Source: an uncultured Coxiellaceae bacterium
GTDB lineage: Bacteria > Pseudomonadota > Gammaproteobacteria > DSM-16500
Direction of reading: 5' to 3'
Assembly (NCBI GenBank): GCA_964427485.1
Contig: CAYRUP010000001.1
Span: 1-49,875, forward strand
DNA length: 49,875 nucleotides
Shown: piece after piece, positions 1-7,435 of the stretch
How the letters are laid out: each line of letters begins with the position of its first letter
Numbering within the stretch: the stretch's first letter is position 1
Notes under the pieces: model-generated
Told to the model about the DNA's origin: nothing
The model's database searches: none
Seen by the model: the letters and a program-made list of their open reading frames with translations, nothing else
Position numbers and translations under genes: made by a program

Positions 1-113
1 TAGAAGAAGAGTTTGAAACAGAAATTCCAGATGAAGATGCTGAAAAAATTACAACTATTCAGCAAGCGGTGGATTATATTAATTCCCATCTGGAAGAACA
101 CAGCAAAAGCTAG
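1..113 (+). CDS. acpP: acyl carrier protein, C-terminal fragment (5' end outside window)
   Basis: The frame from nt 3 reads [36 protein letters not shown], with stop TAG at 111-113. This is a typical acidic ACP C-terminus, and it lies directly upstream of fabF as in the conserved fab cluster. Confidence 0.8.
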   Translation, partial: EEEFETEIPDEDAEKITTIQQAVDYINSHLEEHSKS

Positions 114-117
114 TCAT

Positions 118-162
118 TAACGTGAGTATTGCATAAGCGTGCTTTTGCCAGTACTCACGTTA
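118..162 (+). terminator. acpP-fabF intergenic hairpin (attenuator/terminator-like)
   Basis: Perfect 11-bp inverted repeat TAACGTGAGTA (118-128) / TACTCACGTTA (152-162), 5 nt after the acpP stop. There is no clear U-tract, so partial termination or RNA processing is as likely as full termination. Confidence 0.4.
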
Positions 163-201
163 GGGTTACCCTAGTACTTTTTGTTAAATGAGGGGCTTGC
201 C

Positions 202-1446
202 TTGAGTAAGAAGCGTGTTGTTGTTACAGTTATGGGTATGATTTATCACTTAGGCTCTAACGTGGAGAATACATTGAAAGGCATCGTGGCAGGAAAAAGC
301 AGCGTTACTTTGATTGATCATTTTGATGCATCAGAACTCAGCTGCCGCATTTGCAGTCACGTCAAAAATTTTGATCCAAGCCTATTTATGCCAGAAAAAG
401 AAGCGCGCAAAAAAGACTTATTCATCCAATATGGTATAGCTGCTGCAGTGGAAGCAATCCATGATTCTGGATTGAAAGTCACTGAAGAAAATGCACACCG
501 CGTTGGACTTGCTATTGGTTCGGGCATTGGTGGATTGCCACTGATTGAAAAATGCCATTCTGTATTAGCCGAATCGGGTCCAAGACGTATCTCACCTTTT
601 TTCATTCCCGGCGTGATCATTAACATGATTGCCGGAAGTGTATCGATTATGTATGGTATGCGTGGTCCTAATATAGCCGTTGTGACAGCGTGTACAACAG
701 GCACTCATAATATTGGTTTAGCTGCACGTGCTATTGCATATGGCGATGCCGATGTCATGGTAGCGGGTGGTTCAGAAATGGCGACTACCAAATTAGGTGT
801 TAGCGGTTTTGCATCCATGCGTGCCCTTTCAACTCGTAATGACGCTCCAGAAAAAGCCAGTCGTCCATGGGATAAAGATCGTGATGGCTTTGTACTCGGT
901 GACGGTGCGGGCATTATCGTTTTGGAAAGTTATGAACATGCAAAAAAACGAGGCGCAAAAATTTATGCTGAACTCGTTGGTTTTGGTATGAGTGCAGATG
1001 CCTCACATATGACTAGCCCGCATCCAGAAGGTTTGGGTGCAGCACTTGCAATGAATAATGCATTACAAGATGCGGGCATGAATCCCAATGAAGTGAATTA
1101 TATTAATGCGCATGGTACTTCAACTTTAGCGGGAGATGAGCTTGAAGTTCTTGCGATTAAACGCAGTTTCGGTGACCACGCATACAAGTTAGCAGTGAGT
1201 TCGACAAAATCGATGATAGGTCATTTGCTAGGTGCTTCTGGATCAGTAGAAGCCATATTCTGTATTTTAGCGTTACGTGATCAAGTTGCACCGCCGACTA
1301 TCAATTTAGATAATCCAAGTGAAGGGTGTGATTTGAATTTTGTACCAAATCAAGCACAACCCATGAAAATTGATGTCGCATTATCTAATTCATTTGGTTT
1401 TGGCGGAACAAATGGATCGTTGTTGTTTCGTAAGTTTGTGGAATAA
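202..1446 (+). CDS. fabF: 3-oxoacyl-ACP synthase II (KAS II)
   Basis: ORF 181-1446. Readable motifs are the active-site Cys context AVVTACTTG, His motifs INAHGTST and [12 protein letters not shown], and the C-terminal [15 protein letters not shown]. Start placed at TTG 202 (MSKKRVVVT) 6 nt after GAGGGG (190-195). TTG 181 is the alternative. Confidence 0.95.
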   Translation: MSKKRVVVTVMGMIYHLGSNVENTLKGIVAGKSSVTLIDHFDASELSCRICSHVKNFDPSLFMPEKEARKKDLFIQYGIAAAVEAIHDSGLKVTEENAHRVGLAIGSGIGGLPLIEKCHSVLAESGPRRISPFFIPGVIINMIAGSVSIMYGMRGPNIAVVTACTTGTHNIGLAARAIAYGDADVMVAGGSEMATTKLGVSGFASMRALSTRNDAPEKASRPWDKDRDGFVLGDGAGIIVLESYEHAKKRGAKIYAELVGFGMSADASHMTSPHPEGLGAALAMNNALQDAGMNPNEVNYINAHGTSTLAGDELEVLAIKRSFGDHAYKLAVSSTKSMIGHLLGASGSVEAIFCILALRDQVAPPTINLDNPSEGCDLNFVPNQAQPMKIDVALSNSFGFGGTNGSLLFRKFVE

Positions 1447-1492
1447 AGTTTCATTTAATACCCACGAAGTATAACCAAAATAGTTCGTAGTT

Positions 1493-1580
1493 CGTAGGGT
1501 GGATTAGATGCGTTTTTTGCATCGTAATCCACCAAATTTACGGTGGATTACGGCAAAAAAAACGCCTAATCCACCCTACG
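1493..1580. repeat. R2 palindromic repeat, full double-hairpin copy
   Basis: Outer palindrome CGTAGGGTGGATTAG (1493-1507) / CTAATCCACCCTACG (1566-1580) encloses two GGTGGATTA...TAATCCACC hairpins. Nt 1494-1539 (46 nt) recur identically at 44698-44743. Confidence 0.85.
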
Positions 1581-1659
1581 AAAAACTGACACTTCGATTT
1601 GTGTGCATACCCTAGCCCTGCGTGGGGGATGACATTATGGTTTTAGAAAGGTAAAAAAA

Positions 1660-2787
1660 ATGATAACAAAAAAACATCGCGTCTTAATTGCTATCATGAG
1701 TATTGTGCTGGTTCCTTGTTTCTTGTTTTTAATTGCCTGGATGATTTTTTTACGCGTGTCTATCGTGTCGGATGATCAAGGCATCAAATATACCGTAGCC
1801 GAAGGCGCTTCCATCAAATCCGTTATTCATGATTTATCTGTATTAAATGTCATTAAACATCCGCTATTTTTTAATTTGCTAGTTTCCTTAAAAGGAAATA
1901 AACATGAGCTCAAAGCCGGTGAGTATCTTTTTCCGAAAGGAACAACCCCTGTTAGTTTGTTAACTCAAATTACGACCGGTACGGGAATTTTTTATCATAC
2001 TTTCACGATTGTAGCGGGCTGGAACTTCAAACATTTGCGGGATGTCTTAGAACATGAACCCAATTTACAACATACCTCAGCTTCCTTAAGTAATGCAGAA
2101 ATAATGCGGCGTTTAGGTCATCCCGAATTACAGCCAGAAGGATGGTTTTATCCAGACACTTATTTTTTTGTGCAAGGGTCATCTGATTTCATTTTGCTAA
2201 AACGTTCATTTCAACGGATGCAAAATAAATTAAACGAAGTCTGGAATAAGCGCGATACAGGATTACCTTATCAGACACAGAAAGAAGCGCTCACCGTTGC
2301 TTCCCTCGTTGAAAAAGAAACGGCACTCGATCCAGAAAGACCTGTTATTGCGGGGGTGATCGTGAATCGTCTCAGAAAAAATATGTTATTACAAATTGAT
2401 CCTACCGTTATTTATGCAGCGGGAGTTAATTACGCTGGTAAAATATATAAAAAAGATTTGCAATCGAATAGTCCTTATAACACCTATGTTCATAAAGGCT
2501 TACCACCCACACCCATTGCTATTCCTAGCATGGCATCCATTAAAGCGGCACTTCATCCTGCGCAACATGCGTATTATTATTTTGTAGCAAAAGATGCTAA
2601 TTCGGATAGTAGCCATCAATTTTCCACAACACTCACCGAACATAACCAAGCAGTTGCCGTTGCTAAAGAAAAAGAGTCTGATAAAGAATATTTTAATGAA
2701 AAATTAATACATTCTTATTTACAATCAACACAGACCCAGACCCTAAATGGAGAAGATTCCAGTGCAAAACAAATTTATTACCATTGA
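1660..2787 (+). CDS. mltG: endolytic murein transglycosylase MltG (YceG family)
   Basis: N-terminal TM helix (IAIMSIVLVPCFLFLIAWMIF). YceG motifs TVASLVEKETA (catalytic Glu region) and NTYVHKGLPPTPIAIPS. Conserved position between fabF and tmk. A ~45-aa C-terminal tail overlaps the tmk start. Confidence 0.9.
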   Translation: MITKKHRVLIAIMSIVLVPCFLFLIAWMIFLRVSIVSDDQGIKYTVAEGASIKSVIHDLSVLNVIKHPLFFNLLVSLKGNKHELKAGEYLFPKGTTPVSLLTQITTGTGIFYHTFTIVAGWNFKHLRDVLEHEPNLQHTSASLSNAEIMRRLGHPELQPEGWFYPDTYFFVQGSSDFILLKRSFQRMQNKLNEVWNKRDTGLPYQTQKEALTVASLVEKETALDPERPVIAGVIVNRLRKNMLLQIDPTVIYAAGVNYAGKIYKKDLQSNSPYNTYVHKGLPPTPIAIPSMASIKAALHPAQHAYYYFVAKDANSDSSHQFSTTLTEHNQAVAVAKEKESDKEYFNEKLIHSYLQSTQTQTLNGEDSSAKQIYYH

Positions 2788-3388
2788 AGGTATCGAAGGC
2801 GTTGGTAAAACCACGGCAGTCCAATTTATTCAAAATTATTTGACACAAACCAAGCAGGAATTCATCGTAACGCGTGAACCAGGCGGCACTCCTATTGCGG
2901 AAGAATTGCGCCGAATTATGTTAACACCCGATCAGAAAGAAAATATCACAGCGGATACGGAATTATTATTGATGTTTGCAGCTCGCGCGCAGCACATTGC
3001 CAATGTTATTCTTCCTGCGCTACAAGCAGGAAAATGGGTCGTGAGCGATCGGTTTTCTGACGCCAGTTTTGCTTACCAGGGCGGGGGTAGAAAAATGGCT
3101 ATGGAAAAAATTCAAATGCTAACAGAATGGATTGTGCAGAATGTTTACCCCGACACGACTTTTTTACTGGATGCACCGCCGGCGCTCGGTTTGGCGCGAG
3201 CAAAAAATCGTGGGGCTCATGATCGAATTGAACAGGAAAGAATAGATTTTTTTGAACGCGTGCGTGAAGTTTACCTCGCGCGCGCAGAAGCTTATTCTGA
3301 TAGATTTGTCGTAATTGATGCGACTCAATCATTAGAAGATGTGCAAAATAAATTGAAACAAAAACTAGATATCCTTCTGACGAGGTAA
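2747..3388 (+). CDS. tmk: thymidylate kinase
   Basis: P-loop FITIEGIEGVGKTT and the DRFSDASFAYQGGG motif. ATG 2747 overlaps mltG by 41 nt. GTG 2762 (MQNKFITIEG, 9 nt after GGAG 2749-2752) is a plausible alternative start. Confidence 0.92.
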   Translation: MEKIPVQNKFITIEGIEGVGKTTAVQFIQNYLTQTKQEFIVTREPGGTPIAEELRRIMLTPDQKENITADTELLLMFAARAQHIANVILPALQAGKWVVSDRFSDASFAYQGGGRKMAMEKIQMLTEWIVQNVYPDTTFLLDAPPALGLARAKNRGAHDRIEQERIDFFERVREVYLARAEAYSDRFVVIDATQSLEDVQNKLKQKLDILLTR

Positions 3389-4404
3389 TGCTTATGGAAA
3401 CTGAAACGATTTTACCTTGGCAAAATTTAATTTGGGAATCATTATTAAAACGGCATTCTCAGGATCGTTTGCCGCATGCATTGCTGTTTGCAGGTGCTGA
3501 TGGGGTAGGTAAAAATCAATTTGCTCGCGTATTTGCAAATTATCTTTTATGTCATTCGCCTTTCGGTGAAGCACCTTGTGGCCAATGCCGCGCTTGTCAT
3601 TTAATTCAGGCTAAATCGCATCCTGATTTGAGATGGATTGAGCCGGAAGAAATAGGACAGATGATTAAAATCGACCAAATTCGTGAAGTAGTCGATTTCG
3701 TCAATGAAACTGCATTATTAGGTGGTTATCGCATTGTGGTTATTAGTCCCGCTTCAGCTATGAATATGAATGCGGCAAATGCATTATTAAAATCATTAGA
3801 AGAACCTACACCGAAAACAGTTTTAATCCTAATTTGTAATCAGAGTGTGCGTTTGCCTGCAACCATCAATAGTCGTTGCCAACGCATTATTTTTTCTAAA
3901 CCCTCACCCGAAGCCGCGTTGACTTGGTTGCAAAATCACGCGCCCTTATCGAAAGCTAATCTGAATGATGATGACACGCTGCAGTTATTATTAAATTTGA
4001 CTGAAGGCGCACCATTGAAAGTAAATGAGTTATTGGCCAATGAAACATTGACGCTGCGTAAAGAATTATACCAAGCGTTGTTACAGTTGAGTTACCAACA
4101 AGCAGATCCTTTGCAGTTAGCGGCGAAATGGCACGAAAAAGAAATACATACTATTTTGAATTTGTTGCAAAGTTGGTTGAGGGATTTATTGCGTTTTAAA
4201 TTATCGCAGACCGATGAAAGCATTATTAATGTCGATTATCAGTCGGCTATTGACAAGTTAACGGAAAGATTTACGCATGAAAATTTGTTACAGTATATGG
4301 ATCAGGTTCAACAAACCTATGCTCGAATGGTGGGTTCACTCAATATCAATCGACAACTTTTATTAGAAGAAATCTTTATTCATTGGGCGAAATTATGTTC
4401 TTAG
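3388..4404 (+). CDS. holB: DNA polymerase III delta-prime subunit
   Basis: HALLFAGADGVGK degenerate P-loop, zinc module CGQCRACHLIQAKSHPD and sensor INSRCQ. The start overlaps the tmk stop (TAATG at 3386-3390). Confidence 0.9.
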   Translation: MLMETETILPWQNLIWESLLKRHSQDRLPHALLFAGADGVGKNQFARVFANYLLCHSPFGEAPCGQCRACHLIQAKSHPDLRWIEPEEIGQMIKIDQIREVVDFVNETALLGGYRIVVISPASAMNMNAANALLKSLEEPTPKTVLILICNQSVRLPATINSRCQRIIFSKPSPEAALTWLQNHAPLSKANLNDDDTLQLLLNLTEGAPLKVNELLANETLTLRKELYQALLQLSYQQADPLQLAAKWHEKEIHTILNLLQSWLRDLLRFKLSQTDESIINVDYQSAIDKLTERFTHENLLQYMDQVQQTYARMVGSLNINRQLLLEEIFIHWAKLCS

Positions 4405-5183
4405 TGGATTCACACTGCCATCTTGATCAACTTGATCCAGCCACTCATCAAGGTGATGTCGCGAAGACGATTGCATTTGCGGAAGAACAGGGCGTCAAAC
4501 ATTTTTTATGTGTTTGTATTACGTTAAATGATTTTCCCAGCATGTTGAAGATGATCCGCGCTTATGACAATGTCAGTGCGTCAGTGGGTTTGCATCCCAA
4601 TGAACAAGTTTCATTAGCGGAACCGACAGCAGCAGATTTAATCGCATTAGCTGAAGACAAAAAAATTGTCGCGCTGGGTGAAACAGGCTTGGATTATTTT
4701 CGTAGCAAAGGGGAGTTGGAATGGCAGCGCGAACGTTTTCGTCAACACATTCGCGCGGCAAAAGCAACGGGTAAACCGCTCATCGTACATTCGCGGCAAG
4801 CGAAGGAAGATACGATTAAAGTACTACGTGAAGAAGATGCGGCATCAGTAGGTGGTGTATTGCATTGTTTTACGGAAGACATGGCCATGGCAGAAGAAGC
4901 GATGGCTTTGAATTTCTCTATTTCATTCTCTGGTATTGTTACTTTTAATAGCGCTAAAGAAATTCAAAATGTGGCTCAGCATATGCCATTAGAACGTATG
5001 CTTATTGAAACCGATTCACCTTATCTTGCGCCCGTACCTTATCGTGGCAAGCCAAATGAACCGGCGTATGTGCGCTATGTTGCCGAGTTTATCGCAAAAT
5101 TACGCGGTATTCCGCTTGAAGAAGTGGCTGAGCATACGACCGCTAATTTTTTTAAGCTTTTTAATCAAGCTAAAAAAACGTAG
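4395..5183 (+). CDS. ycfH: TatD-family metal-dependent hydrolase (YcfH-like)
   Basis: MFLVDSHCHLD N-terminus and the IETDSPYLAP motif. Conserved position after holB. Start placed at ATG 4395. The track start 4383 is a TTG that adds MGEI. Confidence 0.9.
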   Translation: MFLVDSHCHLDQLDPATHQGDVAKTIAFAEEQGVKHFLCVCITLNDFPSMLKMIRAYDNVSASVGLHPNEQVSLAEPTAADLIALAEDKKIVALGETGLDYFRSKGELEWQRERFRQHIRAAKATGKPLIVHSRQAKEDTIKVLREEDAASVGGVLHCFTEDMAMAEEAMALNFSISFSGIVTFNSAKEIQNVAQHMPLERMLIETDSPYLAPVPYRGKPNEPAYVRYVAEFIAKLRGIPLEEVAEHTTANFFKLFNQAKKT

Positions 5184-5220
5184 AATGAATAGATCGACCC
5201 ACATCCTCGAGATTGTAAAG

Positions 5221-5262
5221 CTCCCTTCTCCCGTTTACGGGAGAAGGGCCGGGGATGAGGGT
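5221..5262. repeat. R1 palindromic repeat, half copy
   Basis: CTCCCTTCTCCC-GTTTAC-GGGAGAAGGGCCGGGGATGAGGGT is one hairpin plus the terminal GGGGATGAGGGT box. It lies in the tatD-lolC spacer. Confidence 0.85.
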
Positions 5263-5280
5263 CTCTTTAAACAAGAGACC
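5260..5280 (+). promoter_or_regulatory. hairpin immediately upstream of the lolC start, covering the only purine-rich SD-like stretch
   Basis: GGTCTCTT (5260-5267) / AAGAGACC (5273-5280), 8 bp with a 5-nt loop, ends 5 nt before ATG 5286. AAGAGA is the only SD-like sequence there. Confidence 0.3.
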
Positions 5281-5285
5281 AACCC

Positions 5286-6536
5286 ATGTTCCGACCCGCA
5301 GCCATTTTTATCGGATTACGTTATACGCGTGCCAAACGTCGTAATCACTTTATTTCCTTTATTTCATTAATGTCTATGTTTGGCATTGCTTTAGGCGTGT
5401 TGGTATTGATCACAGTGTTATCGGTAATGAATGGTTTCGATCGTGAAATCAAAAAACGCGTGTTTAGTATGGTGCCGCCAGTCACTGTCAGTACCATGGC
5501 GGATTATGTTGTTAATTGGCAGGAAGTGGAAAGTTTGATAAAGAAAAATCCCAATATCATGCGGGTAGCGCCTTTTGTGAGTGGCCAAGTGTTACTGACT
5601 AATGATGGTTTAGTGCAGCCTGCCTTATTGGATGGTGTGGATCCTAACGCTGAAAAAAATATCACTGAAGTATCCAATAAAATGGTGCAAGGTAAATTGG
5701 AGCAATTGGTTGCGGGAAATTTTGGTGTGGTGTTAGGCGAAGAATTGGCGAATCGATTAAATGCGGTAGTAGGTGATAAAATTACGGTGGTGACACCGCA
5801 AGTCTCGCTGACGCCAGCCGGTGTTATTCCGCGTTTTAAACGTTTCACTGTGATTGGTATTTTTCGTGCGGGCAGCGGTTTTGGTTTTGATTCCAATTTG
5901 GCATTTGTGAATTTATATGATGGTCAAAGACTCATGCAGCTCGGCAACGCAGTAACGGGCGTGCATGCGAGTATCAAAAATGTATTCCTGGCATCCTTGG
6001 TTTCACAGCAATTAACAGCAGCACTGGGTCCCACCGCCCGCGTGACAAATTGGACAGAACAGTTCGGTGCATTTTTTCATGCGGTTCGTTTAGAAAAAAC
6101 GATGATGTTTTTTATTTTATTATTAATTATTGCAGTCGCTGTTTTTAATCTTGTTTGCACATTGGTGATGGTGGTGAATGACAAAGAATCGGACATTGCG
6201 ATTCTGCGAACTGTTGGAGCGACACCACGCATGATTATGACGATTTTTGTTGTGCAAGGTGCGATTGTGGGGGTGGTGGGCACTATCCTGGGCGTCATCG
6301 GCGGCGTGCTGCTGGCGCTTTCTGCGCCTGATTTGGTGAGAGGAATAGAACATCTCTTTCACGTCCAATTTCTTTCTTCCAGTGTGTATTTCGTCAATTA
6401 TCTTCCTTCAGAATTGCAATGGCTCGATGTCATACGGATTAGTTTTGCAGCGCTTTTTTTCAGTTTGCTCGCAACGTTATATCCCGCCTGGCGTGCCTCG
6501 CGTACTGAACCTGTGGAGGCACTTCGTTATGAGTAA
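5286..6536 (+). CDS. lolC: lipoprotein-releasing system permease LolC/LolE family
   Basis: 416 aa. N-terminus is MFRPAAIFIGLRYTRAKRRNHFISFIS, followed by a TM helix, a large periplasmic loop and three C-terminal FtsX-type TM helices. It is followed by lolD with overlapping stop/start. Confidence 0.88.
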   Translation: MFRPAAIFIGLRYTRAKRRNHFISFISLMSMFGIALGVLVLITVLSVMNGFDREIKKRVFSMVPPVTVSTMADYVVNWQEVESLIKKNPNIMRVAPFVSGQVLLTNDGLVQPALLDGVDPNAEKNITEVSNKMVQGKLEQLVAGNFGVVLGEELANRLNAVVGDKITVVTPQVSLTPAGVIPRFKRFTVIGIFRAGSGFGFDSNLAFVNLYDGQRLMQLGNAVTGVHASIKNVFLASLVSQQLTAALGPTARVTNWTEQFGAFFHAVRLEKTMMFFILLLIIAVAVFNLVCTLVMVVNDKESDIAILRTVGATPRMIMTIFVVQGAIVGVVGTILGVIGGVLLALSAPDLVRGIEHLFHVQFLSSSVYFVNYLPSELQWLDVIRISFAALFFSLLATLYPAWRASRTEPVEALRYE

Positions 6537-7209
6537 TTCAGTTATTGCCTGTTCAAATTTGGCAAAAATTTACCTCGACGCAGCCGCGCAAGTGGATGTG
6601 TTGCGCCAAATTGACTTAGCTGTAAAACCCGCTGAATTAGTCGCAATTGTGGGAAGTTCCGGTTCGGGTAAAAGCACATTATTGCATTTATTGGGTGGAT
6701 TGGATAAACCGACTACCGGCAAAGTTTGGGTGGCGGGTAAAGATTTGGCACAATTATCTGAGAATGAAAAATGTCGCTTGCGTAATGAATCGCTTGGTTT
6801 TGTCTATCAATTCCATCATTTGTTGCCGGAATTTACCGCATTAGAAAATGTCAGCATGCCTTTATTAATCCGTGGGATTCAACCAGAAATCATTGCAACC
6901 AAAGCCACTGCATTACTGGAATCAGTTGGATTGCAAAATCGTATGCAGCATAAAATTGGTGAACTGTCAGGTGGTGAGCGGCAACGTGTTGCTATCGCTC
7001 GTGCTTTGATTGCACAACCTTTATGTGTACTTGCTGATGAACCTACGGGAAATCTGGATCCACGCAATGCGGATAAAGTTTTGCAGCTATTTCTTGAATT
7101 ACAGAAAGAACATAAAACTAGCGTTGTGATGGTTACGCATGATAGAAATATTGCTAAACATGCACAGCGCATATTGGTGCTTGAGGATGGGAAGTTAACG
7201 GCTGCTTGA
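6529..7209 (+). CDS. lolD: lipoprotein-releasing system ATP-binding protein
   Basis: Walker A GSSGSGKST, ABC signature LSGGERQR and Walker B VLADEPTGNLD. Start at ATG 6529 (MSNSVIACSNL) overlaps the lolC stop (ATGAGTAA). The upstream part of track ORF 6382-7209 lies inside lolC. Confidence 0.92.
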   Translation: MSNSVIACSNLAKIYLDAAAQVDVLRQIDLAVKPAELVAIVGSSGSGKSTLLHLLGGLDKPTTGKVWVAGKDLAQLSENEKCRLRNESLGFVYQFHHLLPEFTALENVSMPLLIRGIQPEIIATKATALLESVGLQNRMQHKIGELSGGERQRVAIARALIAQPLCVLADEPTGNLDPRNADKVLQLFLELQKEHKTSVVMVTHDRNIAKHAQRILVLEDGKLTAA

Positions 7210-7213
7210 TAAT

Positions 7214-7312
7214 ACCCTCATCCCCAACCCTTCTCCCGTAAACGGGAGAAGGGAGTTAGTTGCTTGTCTCCCTTCTCCCAACGTAGTTGGGAGAAGGGCA
7301 GGGGATGAGGGT
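7214..7312. repeat. R1 palindromic repeat, full copy
   Basis: ACCCTCATCCCC-AACCCTTCTCCC-loop-GGGAGAAGGGAG-spacer-CTCCCTTCTCCC-loop-GGGAGAAGGGCAGGGGATGAGGGT. This is two hairpins nested in a terminal palindrome, beginning 5 nt after the lolD stop. Confidence 0.9.
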
Positions 7313-7361
7313 CTACACAACCCACCTTCCTCTTGATTATTTTGTTTTTATACCTTCATCC

Positions 7362-7392
7362 CCATTCCTCCTCGTAAACAGGAGAAGGGAGT
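7362..7392. repeat. R1 palindromic repeat, degenerate half copy
   Basis: ACCTTCATCCCCATTCCTCCTCGTAAACAGGAGAAGGGAGT is a decayed version of the left half of R1, lying 50 nt after the full copy. Confidence 0.6.
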
Positions 7393-7435
7393 TAACGGTT
7401 CCTCTATCTCTCTTACCCCCACTCAGGACTCACCC

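Noticed and set aside
357-991. Track ORFs 357-704(-), 705-914(-) and 797-991(+) inside fabF
   Set aside because: They lie entirely within the well-supported fabF reading frame, either antisense or out of frame. They have no SD and no recognisable motif.
5005-5370. Track ORF 5005-5370(+), 121 aa
   Set aside because: It runs out of frame through the tatD 3' end, the R1 repeat (giving YGRRAGDEG) and the lolC 5' end. It is an artefact of the stop-poor GC-rich repeat.
6382-6528. Long N-terminal extensions of track ORFs (lolD 6382, ligA 15530, adaptor 27927, hpt-like 38669, DUF1189-like 39216, aroC 36596, Smr 27066, ElaB-like 47788)
   Set aside because: Each extension overlaps the preceding gene or lacks an SD. 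An internal ATG with a good SD also reproduces the canonical N-terminus of the family.
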